64,000 bases of DNA from Actinomycetota bacterium (GTDB lineage: Bacteria > Actinomycetota > CADDZG01 > WHSQ01): positions 82,796-146,795 of the forward strand of contig JBOGXA010000002.1 of assembly GCA_050694175.1 (NCBI GenBank), in the 5' to 3' direction. The notes beneath the pieces are model-generated. The model was not told the origin of the DNA. It made no database searches and worked only from the letters and a program-made list of their open reading frames with translations. Shown piece by piece: positions 46,596-55,842 of this stretch. Position 1 is the stretch's first letter; the number at the start of each line of letters is the position of its first letter. The position numbers and the translations under genes were made by a program.

Positions 46596-47948
46596 ATGGA
46601 ACGGCGCATCTTCGGGACCGAGAACGAGTACGGGGTCACGTGCACGTTTCGCGGGCAGCGCCGGCTGTCGCCCGACGAGGTGGCCCGCTACCTGTTCCGG
46701 CGCGTCGTGTCGTGGGGGCGCTCCTCGAACGTGTTCCTGGAGAACGGCGCGCGCCTCTACCTGGACGTCGGCTCCCACCCCGAGTACGCCACCCCCGAAT
46801 GCGACACGGTCTACGACCTCATCGTTCACGACAAGGCCGGAGAGCGCATCCTCGAGGGCTTGCTGCGCGCCGCCGAGGCGCGGCTCAGAGAAGAGGGCAT
46901 CTCGGGCGACATCTATCTCTTCAAGAACAACACCGACTCTGCCGGCAACTCGTACGGCAGCCACGAGAACTACCTCGTGTCGCGCTACGGGGAGTTCGGC
47001 CGTCTCGCCGAGGTCATGATCCCGTTCTTCGTCACTCGCCAGATATTCGCAGGAGCCGGGAAGGTCCTGCAAACCGCGCGCGGGGCACTCTTCTGCATCT
47101 CGCAACGCGCCGAACACATCTGGGAAGGAGTGTCGTCGGCCACCACGAGATCGCGCCCGATCATCAACACCCGCGATGAACCCCACGCCGACGCCGAGAA
47201 GTACCGCCGCCTCCACGTCATCGTCGGCGACTCGAACATGAACGAATGGACCTCTTATCTCAAAGTCGGAGCCACCGCCCTGTTGTTACGGATGGTCGAG
47301 GAAGGGGTCCAAATCCGCGACATGACGCTCGAGAACCCGATTCGCGCGATACGAGAGATCTCCCACGACATGACGTGTCGCCGCCGGGTGCGTCTCGCGA
47401 ACGGCCGCGAGGCCTCGGCCCTCGAGATGCAGCGCGAGTACCTCGAGAAGGCCCTCCGGTGGGTCGACCAACGCGAGGACCCGGTCATGAAGGAGATCGC
47501 GCACATGTGGGAGCAGGCGATCGAGGGATTGGATCACGATCAGGACTCCCTCGAGCTCCAGGTCGACTGGATCGCCAAGCGCAAGTTGATCGAGGCCTAC
47601 CGCGCCCGCCACAATCTCTCGCTGGCTCATCCTCGCATAGCCCTGATGGATCTCGCCTATCACGACGTCAACCGGCAGCGTGGCCTCTACTACATGCTCG
47701 AGCGACGGGCGCTCGCCGAACGGATGTGCAGCGAGGCCGACATCGAGAAGGCGACACAGGAGCCGCCGCAGACGACCAGGGCCCGTCTCCGAGGCGACTT
47801 CATCCGGGCGGCCAAGCGCAAGCGTCGTGACTTCACCGTCGATTGGGTGCACCTGAAGCTCAACGACCAGGCCCAGCGGACGGTTCTGTGCAAGGACCCG
47901 TTCCGCTCCGAGGACGAGCGCGTTGCCAAGCTCATAGCCTCGCTGTAA
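46596..47948 (+). CDS. pafA: Pup ligase PafA
   Basis: [14 protein letters not shown]..., 450 aa, paralogous to Dop but shorter. The start was moved from the track's 46527. Confidence 0.92.
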   Translation: MERRIFGTENEYGVTCTFRGQRRLSPDEVARYLFRRVVSWGRSSNVFLENGARLYLDVGSHPEYATPECDTVYDLIVHDKAGERILEGLLRAAEARLREEGISGDIYLFKNNTDSAGNSYGSHENYLVSRYGEFGRLAEVMIPFFVTRQIFAGAGKVLQTARGALFCISQRAEHIWEGVSSATTRSRPIINTRDEPHADAEKYRRLHVIVGDSNMNEWTSYLKVGATALLLRMVEEGVQIRDMTLENPIRAIREISHDMTCRRRVRLANGREASALEMQREYLEKALRWVDQREDPVMKEIAHMWEQAIEGLDHDQDSLELQVDWIAKRKLIEAYRARHNLSLAHPRIALMDLAYHDVNRQRGLYYMLERRALAERMCSEADIEKATQEPPQTTRARLRGDFIRAAKRKRRDFTVDWVHLKLNDQAQRTVLCKDPFRSEDERVAKLIASL

Positions 47949-49018
47949 TGCCCACCTTCCGGAGCGGAAAAGTGGTCGCGGTCGACGTCGAGCGTTCCGG
48001 GATTGCGCGCTGCCGGGTCGCGATCGACGACGGCGAGATCGACGCCGCAGGATGGCCCTCGGTGACCGGTCCGATTGGCGTCGGCGACCGGGTCGTGGTG
48101 AACACGACGGGTATCTCACTGGGACTCGGCACCGGCGGATGGGGATTCGTTCTGTGGAATCTCGACGGGCCGGGCCCGTCCGGTGTCGGCGGGGGGCACA
48201 TCGTCAAGCTCCGCTACACACCGCTGCAGATGGAGGTGCTCGCCGCCGAGGAACCGGCCGGTCCGCACCATGACGTGCTCCGGGAAGCCATTTCCATAAA
48301 CGGGATGCCGGTAGTTGCCTGCGGGCTCCACTCGCAGATCGCGGGAGTGGCGGGGGGGATCAAGGCCGAGCGTCCCGGCGCCCGCGTCGGTTACGTGATG
48401 ACGGACGGAGCGGCGTTGCCGATGTCGTGGAGCAAGCTGGTGGCCGACCTTCGGGGAGCGGACCTCCTCGACGTCACCTGCACCGCGGGCCACGCCTTCG
48501 GCGGCGATCTCGAGGCGGTCAATGTCTTCAGCGCCCTCGCGACCATGCGCCACGGGGTCGAGGCCGAGATCGCGGTGGTGGCGATGGGCCCGGGGGTGGT
48601 CGGAACCTCCACGGCTCTCGGATTCACCGCGCTGGAACAGGGACAGATCCTCGATGCGGCCGGTGCACTGGGGGGCCGGGCCATCGGCTGCCTGCGGATC
48701 TGCTTTGCGGATGAGCGTCCCCGCCACCACGGCCTGAGCCACCACACGATCACGGCCCTAACGGTGGCCGCCCAGCGGCCCGCCACGATCGTCATGCCCG
48801 AGTTGCCCGCCGAGCAGGCCGCCCACGTCCTGCGCCGCCTAGAGGCCTCGGGGCTCGACGAGGACCACGAGCTGGTGACGGCCGACGGCCGGCCGGGCCT
48901 CGATCTCCTCGAGGCCTCCGGCGTCGAGGTCTCGTCGATGGGCCGCACACCTCACGAGATCCCCGAGCTGTTCCTTGCGGCCGCGGCCGCCGGCCGCTTC
49001 GCCGCCTCCTTACTGTGA
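47948..49018 (+). CDS. DUF3866-family protein
   Basis: GDRVVVNTTGISLGLGTGGWGFVLWN... matches my recollection of DUF3866. The ATG overlaps the pafA stop (TAATG). The start was moved from the track's 47843. Confidence 0.68.
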   Translation: MPTFRSGKVVAVDVERSGIARCRVAIDDGEIDAAGWPSVTGPIGVGDRVVVNTTGISLGLGTGGWGFVLWNLDGPGPSGVGGGHIVKLRYTPLQMEVLAAEEPAGPHHDVLREAISINGMPVVACGLHSQIAGVAGGIKAERPGARVGYVMTDGAALPMSWSKLVADLRGADLLDVTCTAGHAFGGDLEAVNVFSALATMRHGVEAEIAVVAMGPGVVGTSTALGFTALEQGQILDAAGALGGRAIGCLRICFADERPRHHGLSHHTITALTVAAQRPATIVMPELPAEQAAHVLRRLEASGLDEDHELVTADGRPGLDLLEASGVEVSSMGRTPHEIPELFLAAAAAGRFAASLL

Positions 49019-49130
49019 CGGCCGCCACTCCCGGATCCGGGCGCCGCGCATACAAGTGGAGACGATGGACTTTGCCACCGCGGCCCCGCTGCGCCCTCTG
49101 GAAGCGAGGGGTTTTCGTTACCCTCGCCTG

Positions 49131-50093
49131 ATGCGCCGCATCGAGCGATTGATAAATCTCATCGCCGCACTGCTCGAGGCATCCGTGCCGATGACGGCAG
49201 ACGACATCAGGGAGCGCATCGCCGGATACGAACAGGAGGGCCGCGACGCGTTCCGCCGGACGTTCGAGCGCGACAAGGAGGCCCTGCGAGCGATGGGGAT
49301 CCCGATCGAGACGGTCACCGTCGACCCCCTCGGCGCGGAGGCCGAGGGCTACATCATCCGTAAACAGCGTTACTACCTGCCGCAGCTCGATCTCGAACCC
49401 GACGAGCTGGCCGCGCTCCGCATCGCGGCGGAAGCGATCCTCGGGTCCGCCGAAGCCGCGCACGCAGGACTCATGAAGCTGGCGGTAGACGCGGAAGCCG
49501 CGCCCGTGGACGGGCCCCGCATCGTGTGGGGCGCGGATCTAGCCTCCGAGGAACCCCTTCTCGCGACCCTGTACGCCGCGTTGCTCGATAGGCAGACCGT
49601 CTCGTTCTCGTATCAGCCCGCCGGCTCGGATGAACCATCGACAAGGAAAGTGGAGCCGTACGGTTTGTTGCACCGACGTGGTCACTGGTACCTGGTCGGT
49701 CGCGACCGGGACCGAGATGCGATTCGTTCATTCAAGGTCTCGCGTGTGGTGCCTCCGATCCGGCTGGCGACCGGGAGCTACAACGTTCCGGAGGGGTTCG
49801 ACCCGAGCGGGCACCTCGGGGGCGAGCCGTGGGAGGTCGGGCCGGAGCCGGAGGCGACGGCGGTCGTCCGTTTCTCTCCCAAGCTCAGGTGGTGGGCGGA
49901 CCAGAACCTCCCCGAGGCCTTACGGCGAGAGGCGCCTCAGGGTGCGCTCGACGTTGAAATGCCTGTGTCGAACATCGACGCGCTCGTCTCGTGGGCGATC
50001 GGTTTCGGCGACGAGGTCGAGATCCTCGAGCCGCCGAGCGCACGCCGCGCGCTCGTAGATCGCCTGGCGCCGTTTGCGGAGGTGAAACGATGA
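49131..50093 (+). CDS. pafB: WYL-domain HTH transcriptional regulator PafB
   Basis: IERLINLIAALLEA...TADDIRERI (wHTH) and a WYL core HRRGHWYLVGRDRDRDAIRSFKVSRV. The start is uncertain (ATG 49131 or 49065). Confidence 0.85.
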   Translation: MRRIERLINLIAALLEASVPMTADDIRERIAGYEQEGRDAFRRTFERDKEALRAMGIPIETVTVDPLGAEAEGYIIRKQRYYLPQLDLEPDELAALRIAAEAILGSAEAAHAGLMKLAVDAEAAPVDGPRIVWGADLASEEPLLATLYAALLDRQTVSFSYQPAGSDEPSTRKVEPYGLLHRRGHWYLVGRDRDRDAIRSFKVSRVVPPIRLATGSYNVPEGFDPSGHLGGEPWEVGPEPEATAVVRFSPKLRWWADQNLPEALRREAPQGALDVEMPVSNIDALVSWAIGFGDEVEILEPPSARRALVDRLAPFAEVKR

Positions 50094-51061
50094 CCGAGGA
50101 GGCCTACGGCCGGTTGGGCCGGAGGCTCCGGCGAATCCTTCTGATGCTTCCCTACGCGATCCGCCACCCCGGTGTGTCGGTCGAGGAGCTGGCGCGCAAG
50201 TTCGGGGTGCCGAAGCGCGATCTGCTCGACGATCTGAACCTCGTCTTTCTGTGCGGATTGCCCGGCTACGGTCCCGGAGACCTCATCGACGTCATGCTTG
50301 AGGAGGATCGCGTCTACGTGCGCATGGCCGACTACTTTTCGGCCCCCCTTCGCCTGAGTCCGGCCGAGGCGCTGTCCATCTACGCGGGCGGTACCGCCCT
50401 TCTGACGCTCCCGGACATGGAGGGGGCGGCCGCCCTGAAGGGGGCCCTCGGCAAGCTCGGGCGCGCGCTGGGTGCCCACTCCGACGACGGCCTCGGCGGC
50501 ATCCAGGTCCGGCTCGAGCCCAGCCCGGCAACGCACCTCCAGGTGCTGCAAGAAGCCCTCAATGAGCACAAGCGTGTTCGTCTCGAGTACTTCTCGGCGT
50601 CGCGCGGCGAATTGACAACCCGCGCGGTCGACCCGTGGGGGCTGATCGTGGCGCTCGGTCGCTGGTACCTCGTCGGGCTCGATCGCATGTCCGAGGAGGA
50701 GCGCATGTTCCGCGTCGATCGCATCAAGAGCGCAGAGGTCACCGATGAGGGCGCGCCGGTCCCATCCGACTTCGACCCGGAGCGCTACAGGGGTGCGTTC
50801 AGCGGTAGGGGCGGTTCCCACACGCTGTCGATGGAGATATCAGCGGCCGCGGCGCGCTGGTTCGAGGACTATTACCCGGTGCAGGAGAGCCGCTCGATGA
50901 AGGACGGCTGGCGCAGGATCGTCCTGGCATCGGGAGGGGACCGGTGGGCGGCCACGCTGGTGCTGCGACTCGGGACTGAGGCGAGGAGGGTCGAGCCGGA
51001 CACGGTCGTAGATGAAGCCCGGCGCATAGCGACCGCGATAACGGCCCGCCACGCGGTCTGA
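50090..51061 (+). CDS. pafC: WYL-domain HTH transcriptional regulator PafC
   Basis: ATGA overlap with pafB. RILLMLPYAIRHPGVSVEELARKFGV and LGRWYLVGLDRMSEEERMFRVDRI. Confidence 0.85.
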   Translation: MTEEAYGRLGRRLRRILLMLPYAIRHPGVSVEELARKFGVPKRDLLDDLNLVFLCGLPGYGPGDLIDVMLEEDRVYVRMADYFSAPLRLSPAEALSIYAGGTALLTLPDMEGAAALKGALGKLGRALGAHSDDGLGGIQVRLEPSPATHLQVLQEALNEHKRVRLEYFSASRGELTTRAVDPWGLIVALGRWYLVGLDRMSEEERMFRVDRIKSAEVTDEGAPVPSDFDPERYRGAFSGRGGSHTLSMEISAAAARWFEDYYPVQESRSMKDGWRRIVLASGGDRWAATLVLRLGTEARRVEPDTVVDEARRIATAITARHAV

Positions 51062-51124
51062 TGGCGTAACGCTTGTGAGTCTGACAGGAATATGTGTCGT
51101 CAAGCTCACAACCGACCGCAATGG

Positions 51125-53185
51125 TCAGGCCGTGTGGCGTTCGGTGTCGCCCGGGCGGATCGCTACCACCCGGTTGCCGATCGCGCTCGCCGGCAGCGCA
51201 ACCGAGAACGTGGAGCCCTTGCCCCACGTGGAGTCGACCCAGATCCGTCCGTGATGCATCTTGACGAGCTGGGCCGATAGGTAGAGCCCGACCCCCGTCC
51301 CCCCGTGCGCGCGCGTCGTCGAGTTGTCGACCTGCCGAAAGCGTTCGAATATATGAGGGATGTCCGACGACACGATGCCGGGCCCGCTGTCCCGCACGTC
51401 GATACGAAGGAGCTCTTCCTCGCGGTAGGCCTGGATCAGCACCGGAGTCGGAGACTCGGAGAACTTCAAGGCATTGTCGAGCAGATGCCGTAGCACCAGC
51501 CCGATTTTCGTCTCGTCACAGGTCCACGAGAGGTCGCGCGTGATGTCGAGAACGATCTCACGATCGCCGTACTCGCGAACCACCTCTTTCGACATGGAGC
51601 GGATGAGACCTCCGATGTCTACTCGCTCGATCCGAAGAGTCGCCTCGCGGGCTTCGATGCTGGATACGTAGAGAAGGTCCTCGATGAGACGCTCGAGTTG
51701 GTCGGCCTTGGTCACGATCGTGCTTACGACGTCGCGCGTCTCGTCGGCCGTGGCGACCTCGACACGTTTCCTGAGCGTCCACGCGAACCCCTTGATGATC
51801 GTTAGCGGAGTACGGAGCTCGTGACCGACCATCGCCACGAAATCGCGTTGCATCCGCATGATCTCTCGTTCGGATGTGATGTCGTCCATTATCAGCACCC
51901 GCCCGATCGGGGCCCCCGGGACGCGCACGTCGACCACCCGCGCCTTGAAGGTCTGCGGCGGGTTACCGGCGACGACCTCGGCCTGCAGCTCTCCCTCTTC
52001 GGTAAGAAGTTGCTCGACCTGCTCGTGACCGAGCGTGCCCTTGACGGCGGCCGCTGCGGAGAACACTGCCGATGCTCCGAACAGCGTCTCTGCCGCCGCG
52101 TTGAGGGCAACGATCCGTTTGTGCGAGTCGACGAGGACGATCGGGTTGGGAACTCCGTTGATGATCGAGGACAGCTGAGATTCCTTCAGGTTTATCTGTC
52201 CGTGGAGGACCGCGGCACCGGTCGCGGTGGAGCACTGCTGGCCGAAGGCCCGGAGGAGGTCGATACGCTCCTCGGCGACGCGCCGGTCGGCGGTCGTCGC
52301 CGAGACCAGCCCGCGCGTTCCATAAGCGGTACGGACGCCGACGGTAACGAGGGTTCCATAAGGATCGAGATCGAAGATGACGACGTCGGCGAGCTCGATC
52401 GCATCTCTGGCGCCGTCCGAGCTCATTACCGCCGAGATGGCCTGCTTGTCGAGCCCGCGGAAGACGCCACGCTCGATGACTCCGGTCTCGGGATCGAGCA
52501 AGCACGCAAAGCCGTTCTTAGAACCGCACAGCCGCGTCCCACCGTCCAGCATGTGCTGAAGCAGTTCCTCGACCTCGAGCGTCCCCACGAGGCCCCGACT
52601 CGATTCCACGAGCGCAAGTAGGTCGGAGGAGCGGTGCTCGGCTCTCTCGTGGAGTTGCGCCCGGTAGATGAGGCCCGCGGCCTGGCTCGCGAACATCTGC
52701 GCGACGCGGACGTCTTCGTCCGTGAACGGCTCGGAGCCCGCGAACTTGTTGAGACTTAGAACTCCTGTGGAACGACCCTGGACACGAAGCGGGACCACGA
52801 CGCTCGTGGAGATCGGTCGCTGCTTTGGAACGAAGTTGATGAACGCGTCCTGGTCGATCTCATCGAGGCGCAACGGCTGCCCGGTCGCAATGACACGGCC
52901 TGCCACACTCTCGCCGACGGGAACGGACCCGGTGGGAAGTTCGGCGTCGCCCACCCCGCACACGGCAACGACCTCGAGCGCCCGGCCCCCGTCTGCGAGC
53001 ATCATGATCGAGCCCTGTTCCGCCTGGAGCAGCTTGATGGCGGCCTCGAGCATGGCGTCGACCGCGTCGGCCAGGGGGGCGGCCGACGAGGCGATCTCGC
53101 TGACCGAGAGGGCGGCCTCGAGCCCCGACTTCCACCGGTCGGGATTCTCGGGCAGATCGTGGCGGGGGCGGGTGAACAGGGCCAT
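51125..53185 (-). CDS. Cytoplasmic sensor histidine kinase (GAF-GAF-PAS-HisKA-HATPase_c)
   Basis: H-box MVGHELRTPL, N-box LLDNALKF, G-boxes DSGPGI and GGTGVGL. There are two GAF-like N-terminal modules and no TM segment. Confidence 0.88.
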   Translation of the reverse strand: MALFTRPRHDLPENPDRWKSGLEAALSVSEIASSAAPLADAVDAMLEAAIKLLQAEQGSIMMLADGGRALEVVAVCGVGDAELPTGSVPVGESVAGRVIATGQPLRLDEIDQDAFINFVPKQRPISTSVVVPLRVQGRSTGVLSLNKFAGSEPFTDEDVRVAQMFASQAAGLIYRAQLHERAEHRSSDLLALVESSRGLVGTLEVEELLQHMLDGGTRLCGSKNGFACLLDPETGVIERGVFRGLDKQAISAVMSSDGARDAIELADVVIFDLDPYGTLVTVGVRTAYGTRGLVSATTADRRVAEERIDLLRAFGQQCSTATGAAVLHGQINLKESQLSSIINGVPNPIVLVDSHKRIVALNAAAETLFGASAVFSAAAAVKGTLGHEQVEQLLTEEGELQAEVVAGNPPQTFKARVVDVRVPGAPIGRVLIMDDITSEREIMRMQRDFVAMVGHELRTPLTIIKGFAWTLRKRVEVATADETRDVVSTIVTKADQLERLIEDLLYVSSIEAREATLRIERVDIGGLIRSMSKEVVREYGDREIVLDITRDLSWTCDETKIGLVLRHLLDNALKFSESPTPVLIQAYREEELLRIDVRDSGPGIVSSDIPHIFERFRQVDNSTTRAHGGTGVGLYLSAQLVKMHHGRIWVDSTWGKGSTFSVALPASAIGNRVVAIRPGDTERHTA

Positions 53186-53315
53186 GACGCTTCATCGGCC
53201 TGCGGACCGGCCCATTTGAGCTATGCGCGGCCGGGAAAATTTGGTTCTTAATGCTTCTCGGCCCCCCGCCGATAACACGACCAACGAGATCGCCAGACCC
53301 GACAAAGGTGACGAA

Positions 53316-53657
53316 ATGACGACAATCAAGGCCACCTGTCCGATTTGCGGGGAAGTAGACCTGACGGCCGACGACATCCTTCTCCGCATCGGTGCGGCCG
53401 AGGGAAGCAACACGTACGGCTTCAACTGCCCGACGTGCGCCGACTTCATCGAGAAACCGGCCGACGAGCGCATCGTCCGCCTGCTGTTGTCGGGCGGCGT
53501 ACTGCCCACTCTGGTTCATGTTCCCGCCGAGGCGCTCGAGCCGAAGATGGGCCCCCCCATCTGCCACGACGACATCCTCGAGTTCCACGAGCTCCTCAAG
53601 GCGGACGGCTGGATCGAGCAACTCGCCGGCCCGAAGTCGGGCGACGTCCCCGCCTAG
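53316..53657 (+). CDS. Small zinc-ribbon protein (113 aa), function unknown
   Basis: MTTIKATCPICGEVDL...FNCPTCADF (CxxC...CxxC). The start was moved from the track's 53223. Confidence 0.5.
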   Translation: MTTIKATCPICGEVDLTADDILLRIGAAEGSNTYGFNCPTCADFIEKPADERIVRLLLSGGVLPTLVHVPAEALEPKMGPPICHDDILEFHELLKADGWIEQLAGPKSGDVPA

Positions 53658-53739
53658 CACGGGGCCCCCAGCCACCGGCGACCTTTACGCCCGACTCGAC
53701 CCCGTTTACGCAGCCGGGTCGCCCCTCTACACTGCCACC

Positions 53740-54087
53740 ATGCCCCAGATTGGCCCCATGGAGATCATGGTCGTAGCGGTCATCGCCTTCTTCGTCCTCG
53801 GACCGGACAAGCTCCCGGGCGTCGCCCGGCAGATGGGCCGCTACGCGACCGAGCTCCGCAAGATGGTCTCCGAGGTCAAGGACGAATTCCGCACGGAGCT
53901 GAGAGACATCAAGAACATGGACGAGACCCCCGCGGCCTCCACGTCGGCTGCGTCCGGCGACGGGGCCGCACCGAAAAAGACCCAGTCTGCTGCGACCGAC
54001 GACGGGGCCGCACCGAAAAAGACCCAGCCTGCTGCGAAGGACCCTGCCCCCGGCCCCTCGAGCGATAGCGGCGAGCCCACGAGCTGA
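53740..54087 (+). CDS. tatA: Twin-arginine translocase TatA/E-family protein
   Basis: MPQIGPMEIMVVAVIAFFVLGPDKLPGVARQMG, an amphipathic helix, and an acidic or Lys-rich tail. It lies directly upstream of tatC. Confidence 0.88.
   Translation: MPQIGPMEIMVVAVIAFFVLGPDKLPGVARQMGRYATELRKMVSEVKDEFRTELRDIKNMDETPAASTSAASGDGAAPKKTQSAATDDGAAPKKTQPAAKDPAPGPSSDSGEPTS
53959..54037 (+). repeat. Tandem 42-nt-period repeat inside the tatA tail
   Basis: gacggggccgcaccgaaaaagacccagtctgctgcga (53959-53995) is repeated at 54001-54037 with one mismatch. It encodes DGAAPKKTQ(S/P)AA twice. Confidence 0.85.
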
Positions 54088-55079
54088 TGACCCAGCCCGG
54101 CGGATCTTCACCCACCCCGAACGGGGGCGGGGGTGGCAACTCCACCCCTGCCGCCGCGAGCAACCTGCGCCGTCGCCGGCGCCTGTTTCGCAGACGCCGC
54201 CAGACGCTGGAGACCGGCGGAACCATGTCGGTCATGCAGCACCTCACGGAGCTCCGGCAGCGCCTCGTGTGGTCGGCGCTGGCGTTCGTTACCGTCTCGG
54301 TCGTCATCTTCGTCTTCTACAACCCGTTGCTCGAATTCCTGCGGGGGCCGTTGTGTGGCCTTGATCCCGACATCCTGGGCCCCCAGGGGTGTGATCTCAT
54401 CTTCACCAAGCCCACCGCCGGCTTCACGTTCAGGCTGAAGGTCACGGCGATGTTCGGCATCGCCTTTTCGTCTCCGTTCTGGATCTACCAGATCTACGCG
54501 TTCGTGCTGCCCGCCCTCCACCCCAAGGAGAGGCGCTACGTCGTCCCGTTCATCGCGACGTCGACGACCCTGTTCTTGATCGGCGCCACCATGGCCTATC
54601 TCGTCCTCCCGACTGGCCTGCGCGTCCTTTTCAACATAGGCGGTGAGGGACTGGTCCCGCTGCTGGGGGCGGAGGAGTACCTCGACTTCGTCGGCCTCAT
54701 GCTCCTCGGCTTCGGGGTCCTCTTCCAGCTGCCGCTCATCCTCTTCTTCCTCGGGATGGCCGGCGTCGTGAACGTGCAACAGCTCCGGCGCCAGCGCAGG
54801 CTCGCCCTCATCGCCATCGTCGCCCTGTCGGCGATCATCACGCCGACCCAGGACCCGTTCACCCTGCTGGCCGTCTCGATACCTCTGTACGCGATGTACG
54901 AGGCGACGATCCTGCTGCTCAAGGTGACCTTGCGGCGGCGCGAGCGCGACAAGGCCGCAAAGGAGGCCGAGGAAGCGGCCGAGCGCGCCGAGGCCGAACG
55001 GTTGGAGAAGGCGGCCGCCTCAGAACCGTCGAGCGACCCCGGCGAGGATCCCGAGGACCGTTCCCTGCCCCCGGTATAG
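54087..55079 (+). CDS. tatC: Twin-arginine translocase subunit TatC
   Basis: MQHLTELRQRLVWSALAF..., six TM helices and a charged C-terminal tail. ATG 54225 is an alternative start that would remove the Gly/Arg-rich leader. Confidence 0.92.
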   Translation: MTQPGGSSPTPNGGGGGNSTPAAASNLRRRRRLFRRRRQTLETGGTMSVMQHLTELRQRLVWSALAFVTVSVVIFVFYNPLLEFLRGPLCGLDPDILGPQGCDLIFTKPTAGFTFRLKVTAMFGIAFSSPFWIYQIYAFVLPALHPKERRYVVPFIATSTTLFLIGATMAYLVLPTGLRVLFNIGGEGLVPLLGAEEYLDFVGLMLLGFGVLFQLPLILFFLGMAGVVNVQQLRRQRRLALIAIVALSAIITPTQDPFTLLAVSIPLYAMYEATILLLKVTLRRRERDKAAKEAEEAAERAEAERLEKAAASEPSSDPGEDPEDRSLPPV

Positions 55080-55089
55080 TCGTTCGGCC

Positions 55090-55842
55090 ATGGCGATAAA
55101 GGGCAAGAAGAAGTCCCAGACACGCGGGAGCCAGGCGCGGCGGCGACCCGCCTCCGCGCCCCGCCCGGTCGTTACCGGCCGCGCCCGCGAGCCCTGGTAC
55201 AGGTCGTCGACCGGTCGCATGGCCGCCGTGGTTGTCCTCGTCCTCATCGTCTCTCTGACCGCCGGAGTCCTCGTCAATGCGACCTCCGACGAGGAGCTCG
55301 AGGCCCGTCAGGCCGCGCTCGAGAGGTTCACCGACGAAGTCCGCACTCTGAGGGGGCAGGTCACCGACGTTGCCGCGCAGATGGCGCGGGCCGCCCTGTC
55401 GCCTCGCCAGGACGGCTTCGAGGACCTCGGAAAGGATGCCCGGCGCTGGGGGCAAACGCTGGGCGCAACCGTGGGCCCGGCGAGCACCCTCGAGCCCCCC
55501 GCGGGCTTGTCGGCCTCCGCCCAGCTCCTGTCCCAGGCCGTCCGGACCTACACGACCGCCGCCGAGACATTCCGGCTCGCGGCGACCGTCGACGCGAAGG
55601 CGCAGCCCGAGCTACTTGTCCTGGCCGCAAGTCAGCGAGAGCAGGCGCTCGAGATGTGGAACCATGCCGTGCGTGCTGTCGAGGCCGAGCGCGCCGACGC
55701 CGACCTGGATCCATCCGGCCTGCAGCCGCCGGCCCAGCCGGGCGGCGCGCCCCCCATTGGCACAACGCCCCCGGCCGGGGTGGGCGATGGAGGCCAGGGC
55801 GAGAACAAGAAGGGCGCGAAGAAAGACGGCAAGGGCAACTGA
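55090..55842 (+). CDS. Hypothetical single-pass membrane protein
   Basis: Basic N-terminus, TM segment MAAVVVLVLIVSLTAGVLV, a helical ectodomain and a Gly/Pro/Lys tail. No family recognised. Confidence 0.55.
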   Translation: MAIKGKKKSQTRGSQARRRPASAPRPVVTGRAREPWYRSSTGRMAAVVVLVLIVSLTAGVLVNATSDEELEARQAALERFTDEVRTLRGQVTDVAAQMARAALSPRQDGFEDLGKDARRWGQTLGATVGPASTLEPPAGLSASAQLLSQAVRTYTTAAETFRLAATVDAKAQPELLVLAASQREQALEMWNHAVRAVEAERADADLDPSGLQPPAQPGGAPPIGTTPPAGVGDGGQGENKKGAKKDGKGN

